DNA of 64,000 nucleotides from Eledone cirrhosa (GCA_964016885.1 OZ024754.1:36270001-36334000); one strand, 5' to 3'. Positions 49,182-62,740 are shown, counted from the stretch's first letter. The notes: generated from the sequence alone by a model not told the origin. Made by a program: numbers and translations.

Positions 49182-49846
49182 AAAATGGTCTAAAATGGTC
49201 TAAAATTGTCTAAAATGGTATAAAATGGTATAAAATGGTATAAAATGGTATAAAATAGTCTAAAATGGTCTACAATGGTCTAAAATGGTATAAAATGGTA
49301 TAAAATGGTATAAAATAGTCTAAAATGGTCTACAATGGTCTAAAATGGTCTAAAATGGTCTAAAATGGTATAAAATAGTCTAAAATGGTCTAAAATGTTA
49401 TAAAATGGTCTACAATGGTCTAAAATGGTCTAAAATGGTCTAAAATGGTCTACAATGGTCTAAAATAGTATAAAATGGTATAAAATGTTCTAAAATGGTC
49501 TACAATGGTCTAAAATGGTCTGAAATGGTATAAAGTGGTCTAAAATTGTCTACATTGGTCTAAAATGGTGTAAAATGGTATAAAATGGTCTAAAATGGTC
49601 TACAATGGTCTAAAATGGTCTAAAATGGTCTAAAATGGTCTACAATGGTTTAAAATGGTATAAAATGTTCTAAAATGGTCTAAAATGGTATAAAATGGTC
49701 TAAAATGGTCTAAAATTGTATAAAATGGTCCAAAATGGTCTAAAATGGTCTAAAATGGTCTAAAATGGTCTAAAATGGTCTACAATGGTCTAAAATGGTC
49801 TAAAATTGTCTACAATGGTCTAAAATGGTCTAAAATGGTCTAAAAT
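49182..49846. repeat. 10-bp minisatellite (TAAAATGGTC)n, ~66 copies
   Basis: Direct reading; variants TAAAATGGTA and TACAATGGTC. Confidence 0.95.
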
Positions 49847-50002
49847 AAGTCGAACACAGTATTGATAGTTAGGAAATAGACAGACATTCACACACACTGA
49901 TACACACACATACACAACATACACACACACACACGGACAGACAAACACACACATCCACAAACACAGACACTTACTAGTTTTCTCTCACGTAATTTTAATA
50001 TG

Positions 50003-50077
<75 letters not shown>

Positions 50078-50166
50078 ATGTAAAAGGTAAACAGAAATAA
50101 CAACAGAATCAGTACAGTATATGGAAGGAATATATTAGGTTAACGCTTGAAATAGCAGGAAGAGGG

Positions 50167-50202
50167 TCTTAACGTTTCGGACGCTAGTCCTTCATCAGAA
50201 GA
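50167..50202 (-). ncRNA. Family B minimal HHR (element ~50077-50305)
   Basis: UCUU-CUGAUGA-AGGAC-UAGC-GUCC-GAAACGUU-AAGA; palindromic AACGUU in place of stem III. Confidence 0.7.
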
Positions 50203-50302
50203 AAAGATGAGAAATTAGATAGCTTGAGGGGACGGGCGGGGTGGAATTGAAAAAAATGTCTTTAGATAAAAATAACAGGTCCCTTCATGTTGACATCTCT
50301 TG

Positions 50303-50335
<33 letters not shown>

Positions 50336-50339
<4 letters not shown>

Positions 50340-50541
50340 AGTAAGTAAGACCCCGACGGCTGAGCTCAAGCCGTTTCGACGGCTAATTCTGTACTCAATT
50401 CTGTACAGAATTAGCCGTCGAAACGGCTTGAGCTCAGCCGTCGGGGTCTTACTTACTCCTATTACCCACTCTACTACCCTAAGTATTGAGTACTTTGGTG
50501 CGTTATGGTCCACCTGGTTCCTTACCACTTTTCCCTCGCTA
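50336..50541 (+). mobile_element. Family A element (A1)
   Basis: Arms share the private variant ggagtaagtaag; spacer tcaattct. Confidence 0.85.
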
Positions 50542-50989
50542 TATATATATATATAATATATATATACACACACACACACCATCCTATATCTATATATATT
50601 TGATTTTCTAGGTGACTGGTTAGTTAATGGTAACATTCATTTTAATGTATCATGTATGACGTTTCTGCTTCATACGTTTATTAAAATTCAATTGTTTATC
50701 ATTTCACATTCAGAATGAAAAGCGCCGCCATATTGTGTTACATAAAACATGAAACGAAGTGAAATTAGAGATACTTAAAAGTTTGAAGAAGCAGAATAAT
50801 AGAACATGGTGTAAGAAGTATTAATGAGTAAAAAAAACAAACAGGAATGGAATGTAGGGACTACAGACAGGAGATAGAATTCGAAAAATGGTGAGAGGGA
50901 AAGAAAGAATAAATAGAATTATTATGTAGAAAAAAAAAATTGAAGATAAAATAGAGTAAAAGGGAAGTAATCGATATAAAACTGATCAC

Positions 50990-51731
50990 TACTATCACCG
51001 CCGCCGTCGCCAACACCACCACCTCCATTACCAGTACACCACCACTACCACCACCTCCATCACCAGTACACCACCACCACCACCACCGTCACCACCACCA
51101 CCACCACCATCACCACTTCTACCACCACTACCATCACCACCACCAGTACACCTCCATCACTACTACCACCACCACTACCACCACCACAACCATCTCCCAC
51201 CACAATCATCACCACTACTACCTCCAGTACACCACCACCACCACCAACACCACCACTACAACCACCACCATCACCACTTCAACCACCACCACCACCACCA
51301 TCACCAGTACACCACCACCACCACCACCACCATCTCCCACCACAATCACCACCACTACTACCTCCAGTTGCCACCACCAACCATCACAACCACCACCACC
51401 AGCACCACCATCACAACCACCACCACCACCACCACCACTACCACGACCACCACGACCACCACAACCACGACCACCACCACCACCACCACAACCACCACTT
51501 CAACCACCACTACCATCACCACCGCCACCACCACCACCACCACCACCACCACCACCACCACCACCACCACCACGACCACCACCACCACCAGTACACCACC
51601 ACCACCACCACCACCACCACCAACACCACCACTACTATCACCACCACCACCATCACAACCACCACTACCATCACCACCACCAGTACACCACCACCACCAC
51701 CACCACCACCAGTACACCACCACCACCACCC
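50990..51731. repeat. (CAC/ACC)n compound array
   Basis: Direct reading. Confidence 0.9.
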
Positions 51732-52017
51732 AAGAAACGAGCAATATAATTCATATTAACGTTATTTATGTAGTTTTTATTTTTTAAATTTTAAATTAAT
51801 TTCCTTTTTAGCGTCTCAAATATATTTTGGTCTGTTTTGCTGTTTTTTTTATTTCGTTTCAAATATTTGTGCATCGTTATTTTATATCGAAATATTTGTG
51901 AATACGATACAAAGTTGGCAAATATTCGAGGTATGGCGTATTGATAACAGTAATGACAACAACAACAACAATAATGACAATAATAACAACAACAACAACA
52001 GCAACAACAATAACAAC

Positions 52018-52081
<64 letters not shown>

Positions 52082-52083
<2 letters not shown>

Positions 52084-52267
52084 TGTTTCTACTTTAGGCA
52101 CAAGGCCAGCAATTACCAGTGCATTACTGGTACTTTATTTTATCGACCCCGTAAGGATGAAAGGCAAAGTCAACCTCGGCGGGATTTGAACTCAGATCGT
52201 AAGGGGACGTAACTATGCTGGAAAGCATGGCGTCCGACCCTTTACCGATACTGCCAATCCACCGCCC
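52082..52267 (-). mobile_element. Meta-type SINE
   Basis: Reverse complement of the 42485-42673 type; (TAA)n tail. Confidence 0.85.
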
Positions 52268-52359
52268 TTATAATAATAATATATATATAATAATAATATA
52301 TATAATAATAATATATATATATATATATATATAATATATATATAATAATAATAATAATA

Positions 52360-52497
52360 ATGATTTCTTTATTAACCACAAGGGTTTACATAAAGTAGAC
52401 ATTAAGGACAGTGCAGGACAATATAGTACGGTACAAATGGGCATTTCTGCGTGTAAAAAACAAAAACAGAGGATGTAACAAAAAAATAACAATGAAA

Positions 52498-52530
<33 letters not shown>

Positions 52531-52595
52531 TTCATTTATTGGCCACAAGGGCCGACACATAGGGGACAATACAAAAGACTGGGAAATAATAATAA

Positions 52596-52626
<31 letters not shown>

Positions 52627-52992
52627 AATGATTTCTTTATTGGCCACAAGGGCTGACATCAAGAAAAACATTACAGACGGTACAGGACGGTATAGGACGG
52701 TACGATGTGGGTTTTGTGCGTGTAAATATTATATTTTTATTATTTATATAAGAAAAGAAAAAAAAAGACATAGAAACATATATATATATAAACAATAAAA
52801 ATGAAAATTGAAACAATGAAACATTCCCCAATAGGGGGGAGACTTCCGAGGGCCATCGTGGAGAAAGCCCATTAAAAAAAGCCATGGTGACCCTGACCAC
52901 CAGGGCAAGTGCCCTCTCACAGTTTTCCACCTTCAATTTACAGGTATATACTCAGAGTAGGCCATTCACTCGGGCCATTCTTGCCTCTCCCA
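52360..52992 (-). mobile_element. Three stacked Tx1-like 3' ends (52360-52460, 52530-52585, 52629-52992)
   Basis: Each starts tttatt(g/a)(g/a)ccacaagg after (TAA)n; homologous to 22450-22730. Confidence 0.65.
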
Positions 52993-53007
52993 ATAATAAT
53001 AATAATA

Positions 53008-53457
53008 ATTGTTTCTGCTTTTGGCACAAGACCAGCAAATACCCAGTGCATTACTGGTACTTTATTTTATCGACCCCGTAAGGACGAAAGGCAAAGTTAA
53101 CCTCGGCCGGATCTGAACTCAGATCATAAAGGGCCGTAACTCTATGCTACAAAGCATGGTGTCCGACCCTCTACTGATACTGCCAATACACCGCCTAATA
53201 GTAATGATAGCAATGGTTTCTCATTTAGGCACAAGGCCAGCAATTTGGAGGGAGGAGGGGAAGTCGATTAAGGCGACCCCCAGTGCATTACTGGTGCTTT
53301 ATTCTATCGAAACCCACACACGTAAGGATGAAAGGCAAAGCTGATCTCGGCGGGATTTGAATAATGGTTTCTTTATTGGCCACAAGGGGCTAACATGAGG
53401 GAAAACATTAGAGTCGGCACAGAAGGGTACAGGACGATACAAAGTGGGTTTTGGCCG
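53008..53457 (-). mobile_element. Two Meta-type SINEs (53008-53195, 53213-53361) and a Tx1-like 3' stub (53363-53457)
   Basis: Homology to the other copies in the window. Confidence 0.75.
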
Positions 53458-53628
53458 TAGAAGAAGAAGAAGAAGAAGAAGAAGAAGAAGAAGAAGAAGA
53501 AGAAGAAGAAGAAGAAGAAGAAGAAGAAGAAGAAGAAGAAGAAGAAGAAGAAGAAGAAGCAGCAGAAGAAGAAGAAGAAGAAGAAGAAGAAGAAGAAAAA
53601 GAAGAAGACGACGTAAGAAGAAGACGAC

Positions 53629-53660
<32 letters not shown>

Positions 53661-55065
53661 AAGAAGAAGAAGAAATAGAGGTGTTGATAAATATAAAAGA
53701 AATTATGTCACTAAGCGAACTAACTTGAAAAAAATTCCTTCAATCTTTAAAATGTTAACTATTTATCTTTGTTGGTGAAATAGGGGGAGGCTTGAGTGGT
53801 GGAGGGGGTTGGTGAGGGAGGGTGGAGTGGGGGAGGGAGAGGTGAATGCGGGTAGAGGGGGAGTGAGTGAGGGAGTTGGAGGGGTGAATATGGGTAGAGG
53901 GGATGGAGAGGGGAGGGGGAATGGGGTTCAATTTTATTTCCTTTTCCATTTGATCGAATTTCTAGTGTTTTGTATTGTTTAGATTTTGTTTCTTTCTTCT
54001 GTGGTGGTGGTGGTGGTGGGAGGGTGTTGATGAGGGTGGTGGTGGTGGTGGTGGTGGTGGGAGGGTGTTGATGATGGGAGGATGGTGGTGCTGGTGGTGG
54101 GAAGGGTGGTGATGAGAGTGGTGCTGGTGGTGGGAAGGAGTGGACGAGGTTGGTGATGGTAGCACTGGTAGTGATGTTGGTACTGGTGGTAGTGGTGGGA
54201 GACTGCTCATGGTGATGATGGTGGTGATGGTGGTAGTGATGATGGTGGTGATGGTGATCGTGGTGGTGGTGGTAGGGTTCTTCAGACTTTCTGGTGAAGT
54301 TGAGTTCCTGTGAATATTTGCCTTAAGTTGAGTTGCTGATAAATATTTGTCACGTTGATTTTCTTTCCTTGTTCATGTTTTCTTTTTAAATCGTATTATA
54401 TGTGTGTTTGCCAACCATTTCCATTATACGATTCATCAAAATATGGCCGACTTATGAATTTGAAATACGTTTCCCATCAGCGCCAGGAACGCTGAATATC
54501 CTGTCATAGTTTACTCGGTTTACATTTCAGTAGAAGATCGTTTAATAACAGCGACAGCAACAATAATAACAACCACAATAGCAACAATAACAACAACAAC
54601 AACAACAACAACGACAATAACAACAATAGTAACAACAACAACGACGACAACAGCAACAACAACAACAACAACTACAACAACAACAACAACGATATCAACA
54701 ACAACAATAGCAATACACGCAATCAACCAGCCAAACGTATGATAAGATTATTATACAATAAATAAATTAATAATATCGGTTTTAAAATAAAATAAAATGA
54801 AAGCAAATATTTAATTTTTGTCAAACATTCAATTTCTGTTTGTTTTATTCAGCCATTTTGTACAGCAAATGATGTAAGCAGACGATAGAAATGTTGGGGA
54901 GGCGGTAACGATTAACGGTTAATGCTAATGTTCTTAGGAGAGTATAAAGGCCACCTAATCACATTTCTACTCCTTTGTAAGTTTTCAAAATATGATACCT
55001 CAATCCCCAAACGAGAAGCTAGATTTGCATACCAATTGTTGTGTAGTCGAACAGATCTATAGCTT

Positions 55066-55251
55066 AGGTGGATTGGCAGTATCGGTAGAGGGTCGGACGC
55101 CATGCTTTCCAGCATAGTTACGTCCCTTTACGATCTGAGTTCAAATCCCGCCGAGGTTGACTTTGCCTTTCACCCTTACGGGGTCGATAAAATAAAGTAC
55201 CAGTAAGACACTGATATAATTGCTGGCCTTGTGCCAAAAGTAGAAACAATT
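55066..55251 (+). mobile_element. Meta-type SINE
   Basis: Near-identical to 42485-42673. Confidence 0.85.
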
Positions 55252-55929
55252 ATTTATTTATATGTAGTATTTCTCAGGAAAGCATAAATGATACATATGT
55301 TGACATTCCATTTTTCAACGTATCATAACGTAAGAATATGTATAAAGATCACACCTCCATCGCTTAAAGAAAAATAGACTCCGCGTGCTGTTTAGAAGTA
55401 TACTGCTTTATATATGTCACTAATTGCCTTGCGCAGATAGTAGTTAGATTTATAAATTCAAGCAAGTTTTGCCGTACCTGCCCGTGTCGGATGATACTCA
55501 GAACTTATCCCGGTTTTATAGGGAGTCCGTCTCGAAAGGTTAAACCCCAACTGATTCTGGTAACCATTTTCAGCTGCATAGATTGGATCAACGTGAAACG
55601 AAATATGTTCAAAAACACAACGCACGATCCGGGCAAAACCAACCAGCGGCACCCATTGGACCGAGTGTTTGAGGACTCTACCCCAACGACATTCGTAGGA
55701 ATAATTGGACGAAGAAGAAGAAGAAGAAGAAGAAGAAGAAGAAGATATATATATATATATTTTTATTATTTACTTATTTTGTTATTTACATATTATTTTC
55801 TTTATTTTGTTTATATTATATATTATTTTCTGTATATTGTGTTGTTTATTATGTAATTAAATAGCTCTGTACAATACATAGAGCACTCTTCGTTCCTTTA
55901 CCTTTTCAACTGAAATACCAAACACATAA

Positions 55930-55981
<52 letters not shown>

Positions 55982-56051
55982 CAATGAAAGAATGAGAGAA
56001 TAATCGTTTTACGATCGGTTCTGCTTTGTGGAATATACATAATTTATATAT

Positions 56052-56094
<43 letters not shown>

Positions 56095-56282
56095 TAATAA
56101 TAAATGTGAAGACTAAAATCCAAAGAGGGCTCGATAAGGATTATATATATAAAAGCAGCGATTTTTTGCTTAAACTTTAATCTGTTATTTTAATAAATGT
56201 TTGCTCTATGGTTCTTATATATTTGATATATATTTATCCTTATCGAGCCCTCTTTGGATGTTAGTCTTCACATGTATTATTA
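56095..56282 (+). mobile_element. Family E variant with inverted tail at the left end
   Basis: tgtgaagactaaaatccaaagagggctcgataaggat / atccttatcgagccctctttggatgttagtcttcaca. Confidence 0.75.
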
Positions 56283-56306
56283 TTTCTCTCTCCCCCCCCC
56301 CTCTCA

Positions 56307-56376
<70 letters not shown>

Positions 56377-56453
56377 ATGATATTAATAAATGGAAACTTC
56401 GAATCTGTTATAAATATATTTGTGGAATTACCAACAAATTAAATATCTCTTTG

Positions 56454-56501
<48 letters not shown>

Positions 56502-56509
56502 ATATTTGA

Positions 56510-56670
56510 TATATCTCATATGAAATAATACAGCCAATTATCCACACAATACAATATAGTTAGCACCCCAAACGTTTAATTGGGAATATACTCAGATATT
56601 TCCTAATGTTTGTTGAGTGAGTTGGAATTTGGCCTGGCCGGAGTATCGCTATTAGCTTTCTCCGATTATG

Positions 56671-56675
<5 letters not shown>
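56510..56675 (+). mobile_element. Family F tail
   Basis: Diverged reverse complement of 24976-25135. Confidence 0.6.
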
Positions 56676-56742
<67 letters not shown>

Positions 56743-56746
<4 letters not shown>

Positions 56747-56971
56747 AACGAGTAGGACCCCGACGGCTGAGCTCAAGCCGTTTCGGCGGGTAATTCTGGA
56801 CAAGAATTCAGTCCTTAAGTGATTTAATAATTTCAGTCCAGAATTAGCCGTCGAAACGGCTTGAGCTCAGCCGTCGGGATCCTACTCGTTCCTATTACCC
56901 ACTCTACTACCCTAAGTATTGAGTACTTTGGTGCGTTATGGTCCACCTGGTTCCTTACCACATTTCCTTCG

Positions 56972-56974
<3 letters not shown>
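56743..56974 (+). mobile_element. Family A element (A1) with captured flanking DNA in the spacer
   Basis: Inverted arms plus tail; spacer 56812-56832 is the reverse complement of 57239-57259. Confidence 0.85.
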
Positions 56975-57008
<34 letters not shown>

Positions 57009-57094
57009 CAATGAAAGAATGAGAGAATAATCGTTTTGCGATCGGTTCTGCTTTGTGAAATATACATAATTTCCATTAAGTGGAAGTTATATAT

Positions 57095-57172
<78 letters not shown>

Positions 57173-57629
57173 ACTCTATCTTTGCTGCATATCCAGTTCT
57201 AAGTTGATTTGAAATCCTGCTACAATCAATCAGTCTGCAATTATTAAATCACTTAAGGATTACTTCCGAACTATTGGATGTTTTGAAGTGTTCGTACACT
57301 GCTCCAATCTTCCGTGGTTTCAACAAGGCTTTCAAGAGTCTACTTCTTCTATATCTACTCTGCCTCTTCCCACGTATAGAGTACTCTTCTGATTTCTAGT
57401 CTGTCTCTGCGGTCTCAGCACTGCAGAATCTCTCTCTCGCTCTCTCTTACTCTCTCTTTTTATCTCTCTCACCCCCTCTCTCTCCCTCTCTCTCTCGGTC
57501 CCTCTTTTTCGATGTATAAGTATACATACATATAAGGCATATATTTGTGAGTGTGTATATATATAAATATATATATATATATATGCATATATATATGTAC
57601 GTTTATATATATATATATATATATATGTA

Positions 57630-57661
<32 letters not shown>

Positions 57662-57693
57662 CATATATAAGTTTATATATATATACATATGTA

Positions 57694-57797
<104 letters not shown>

Positions 57798-57824
57798 TTG
57801 TTTATATATATATATATATATACA

Positions 57825-58016
57825 TAACAAAGGAATTGTGGTAAGGAACCAAATGGACCATAACGCACCAGAGTACTCAATACTTAGGGTAGTAGAGTGG
57901 GAAATAGGAAAAAGTATGACCCCGACGGCAGAGCTCAAGCCGTTTCGACGGCTATTTCTGAACTCAGAAATAGCCGTCGAAACGGCTTGAGCTCTGCCGT
58001 CGGGCTCATACTTTTT

Positions 58017-58020
<4 letters not shown>
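57825..58020 (-). mobile_element. Family A element (A2)
   Basis: Tail 57825-57904, arms around gaactc. Confidence 0.85.
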
Positions 58021-58076
<56 letters not shown>

Positions 58077-58120
58077 CACACGCACACACACACAAACATA
58101 CATAGACATACATAGACAAA

Positions 58121-58171
<51 letters not shown>

Positions 58172-58339
58172 CGTTGTCGAGGTACGAGAAGAGAAGAAAG
58201 TTAAATATGAAGGGTAATTCATTAGAACTGAGATGACTGAAACGTTACGACTTTCTCTCCATCTAGACACACACACATTCACATGCACACATACACACAC
58301 ACGTATACACACACACATACATACATACACACACACACA

Positions 58340-58732
58340 CAAATACAAACGTTTACCAACCCAAACACTTACACACACACACACACAGACATACACAAAC
58401 GTTTACCGACCCAAACACTTACACACACACAGACATACACACACACACACAAATACAAACGTTTACCAACCCAAACACACACACACACACACACACACAC
58501 AAATACAAACGTTTACCAACCCAAACACACACACACAAACACAAACGTTTACCAACCCAAACACTTACACACACACACACACAAACACAAACGTTTACCA
58601 ACCCAAACACTTACACACACACACATACACACACACACACAAACACAAACGTTTACCAACCCAAACACTTACACACACACACACACACACACAGACATAC
58701 ACACACAAACACAAACGTTTACCAACCCAAAC
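58340..58732. repeat. caaacgtttaccaacccaaacac motif, ~8 copies embedded in (CA)n
   Basis: Direct reading. Confidence 0.85.
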
Positions 58733-59675
58733 GCACACACACACACACACACACACACAGACAGACATACATATATATGCTCGCATACACACATACACAT
58801 ACACGTATACACACACACACACAAACACATACACAAGCACATATACACATGCACTTAAACACACACATACATATGCACGTAAACACACACATACACATGC
58901 ATGTATATACACACACACACAAACACACACACGCAGACATACATACATATATATGCGAGCATATATATGCACATACACATGCACACCTACACATGCCCGT
59001 ATACACACACATACACATGCCCATATACACACACATACACATGCACGTATACACACATATACACATGCATTTAAACACACACATACGCATGCACGTAAAC
59101 ACACACACAAACACACAGACATTCACCCAAACACTTACACACAGACATACATATATATATGTGCTCGTACACACACATGACACATGCAAGCATTCACACA
59201 CACACACACAAATACATACACATTCACACACAGACACTTACACGCATACATGCATACATATATATGCTCGTGCACACACATACACATGCACGCATTCACA
59301 CAGATACATACACATTCACACACAAACACTTACACGCAGGCATACATACATATATATGCTCATACAAAGACATGCATACATACACACATACATATGAACA
59401 CCGTAAAACACACACACACATACACATGCACACGCACACACGCACACGCACACACACACATGTACAGAGAAACACGCATCCAGATAAACACATGTACACA
59501 CACACACACACAGACACAGAAACACGCGTCCAGAGAAAAACAGGTACACACGCATACACATACACACACATGCACACACACACACACACGCAGACACACA
59601 CATACACACACACACAGACACAGAAACACGCGTCCAGAGAAAAACACGTACACACATACACACAGACGCATGCAC

Positions 59676-59706
<31 letters not shown>

Positions 59707-59707
59707 G

Positions 59708-59739
<32 letters not shown>

Positions 59740-60137
59740 ACTCACACACGCGCACGCGCGTGTACACAAACACACACAAACATACATGATTAGAGAAACA
59801 CGCGTCCAGAGAAACACACGTACACACGTACACACACGTACACACACATGCACACCCACACGTACACACACACACGTACACATACGTACGCGTCCAGAGA
59901 AACACACGTACACACGTACACACACGTACACACACATGCACACCCACACGTACACACACACACACGTACACATACATACGCGTCCAGAGAAACACACGTA
60001 CACACGTACACACACGTACACACACATGCACACACACACACACGTACACACACACACACACCCGTACACATACATGCACACACACACACACGTACACACA
60101 CATGCACACACACACACACACGTACACACACATGCAC

Positions 60138-60169
<32 letters not shown>

Positions 60170-60336
60170 GTACACACACACACACACACACACACGTACG
60201 CACACACACGTACACATACATGCGCACAAACACACACACACACACACGTAGACACACAGACACACACTCACACAGAGACATCAGTAATTCGTCGGTGTGA
60301 CGCGGCTAGCGTGCGCTTAGCAAGGTGACTAGCAAA

Positions 60337-60496
60337 CAGCTGTGTCAGTTGCAGATCAGTTTGTCCAGCCAGGCTTCTTTAGTTGAATTTAGTGATAAAT
60401 TTGGTGTCATTTCTGTCACACTGCGCAAGGGAAAGAAACAGTTGGCTTCGTAAAAATGATTTAGAGAAGAATGTGTTAAGTGTCAGTGGGTGTCAC
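60337..60496. promoter_or_regulatory. Candidate TALE-homeodomain (Meis/Pbx) enhancer
   Basis: TGTCA at 60343, 60405, 60414, 60481 and 60491; TGATAAAT at 60393; CAGCTG at 60337. Confidence 0.3.
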
Positions 60497-60650
60497 GGGA
60501 AGCAAATAAATAAACGAACAAAACAAACAATCAAATGTAGAAGAAAAGAAAGAAAAGAAAGAAAAGAAAGAAAAGAAAATGGTAAAGAAGAAAGAAGGAG
60601 TGGAGATAATGAAGGAGAAGAAATTAAGCGAAGAAATTCTTTTGAAAGAA

Positions 60651-60725
<75 letters not shown>

Positions 60726-60828
60726 GTATATTTATGTATGTATGTATATTATATATATATATATATGTGTATGTATGTATGTATGTATATATATATATAT
60801 GTGTATGTATGTATGTATATATATATTA

Positions 60829-60887
<59 letters not shown>

Positions 60888-60988
60888 ATATATGTATATA
60901 TATATGTATATATATATATATGTATATATATATATGTATATATATATGTATATATATATGTATAATATATATGTATATATATATATGC

Positions 60989-61067
<79 letters not shown>

Positions 61068-61077
61068 TGTGTGTATG

Positions 61078-61126
<49 letters not shown>

Positions 61127-61210
61127 GTATATATATATATGTATATATAAATATGTATATATATATATGTATATATATATGTATATATATATGTATATAT
61201 ATATATGTAT

Positions 61211-61329
<119 letters not shown>

Positions 61330-62082
61330 ATATATGAAAAAATGGCGTGCTGCGTGGTTGCAAATGGGTTACATATGAATAAAATTAGTCCTTCATCAGT
61401 GATCTTCCAGCCTTCATTGGTATTTCATCGCTTTAAAGATCATATACCTCCGGTATATATATATATATATATTAATAAAAGGAATTACAACTTTGTCTGA
61501 TTTACTCGTTTTATTTATAATCCTTTAAAATTTATAATGGTATAAATAGTATGGTAGAATATTAAATGTTAAGTGTTATATATATAGTGTATTCGTGAGC
61601 GAAAACAAATTTGTGTTATATATATATATACATGTATATATACGTGTGTGTGTTTTTTGTGTGTGTGTAAAAGATATATTAGTCATAAAAGCCACTCTCA
61701 AAAACTCTTTATAGCCACTCTCAAAAACCCTCAAACTCACCTTAACCGGAAAGTGGTGAGTATGTTACCCACCCAGCCGAGACCAGTTCTAGTTCTATGT
61801 AACAAAACTACTCATGTTATAGGATCTATCTTAAAATTGAAATTTTCCAAAATAGTTTTACATACGAACCATGTACTGAAGTAACTAATAGTATTAGTGA
61901 ATCTCTGAAAATTCTTCATTACTCGATTGAAATGTAAAGTATTTCTTTGGTAATATGATCAGGAAACGTTTAAAAGTGTAATAACAAAACAATAAGAAAA
62001 TAGTAGACAAGTAAGGAAAGCCTTGCATTGATATATATTGATATACACACTACAGTATTCCGATATCATTTCCCGGCCAAGC

Positions 62083-62176
62083 GTTAGTGTTAGTGTTAGT
62101 GTTAGTGTTAGTGTTAGTGTTAGTGTTAGTGTTATGGTTAGGGTTAGGGTTAGGTTTAGATTCAGGGATGGTTAGG
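62083..62176. repeat. (GTTAGT)n grading into (GTTAGG)n, telomere-like hexamers
   Basis: Direct reading. Confidence 0.8.
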
Positions 62177-62189
62177 ATAATTTTAACAC

Positions 62190-62740
62190 CCAAATATACG
62201 AACAATACAGATTAGTTTGCAGCAACAACTTCCATAACTAGTTGTCAGACAATATGAAATAATACTTGGTGATTGCTTTATCGTATGGATAGGGTCTCCA
62301 TCAACGTAATAACCTCAAAACATTAATGAAGTATCTAATCAACAGTATTCAATTTACGATGGAATATAATTTTAGAAATATTTAAGTCCTTAAAATAGAC
62401 ATGAGCTTCGAAATACGTTTCTACTTCAACCAGCAGATACAAAATAATATAATTTATTTAATTCTTGCCATCCAAAACAGACAAAAACAGTCATCCCATA
62501 TACTTGGCAAGAATGAATGGTATAATGTTTTCTATTTTAGAAACTCGGGGTACATAACTTGGAGAATTAAAAATATATTAGAAAATATTATTCGAAAGGC
62601 AGTGTCCAGTAATTTAATTCACAATGAAGTAAAACGAGGCGAAGGAGTTACAGACAAAAGACTGTTCAGATACCAATCCAAGAAATACTGAATCATGCAA
62701 CCATTCATCTGAATAATATATTTCTATTTAAGGATAACCA
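62190..62740 (+). pseudogene. Decayed Penelope-like reverse transcriptase
   Basis: LGDCFIVW (degenerate YxDD), SIQFTMEY, PADTK*YNLFNSCHPKQTKTVIPY / LARM..LGELK, NLIHNEVKR in PLE RT order, across frameshifts. Confidence 0.7.

Noticed and set aside
58340-58732. Repeat-spacer (CRISPR-like) appearance
   Set aside because: The spacers are only (CA)n slippage tracts
61385-61402. CUGAUGAAGGAC on the minus strand (HHR 5' half)
   Set aside because: No matching GUCC-GAAA strand nearby
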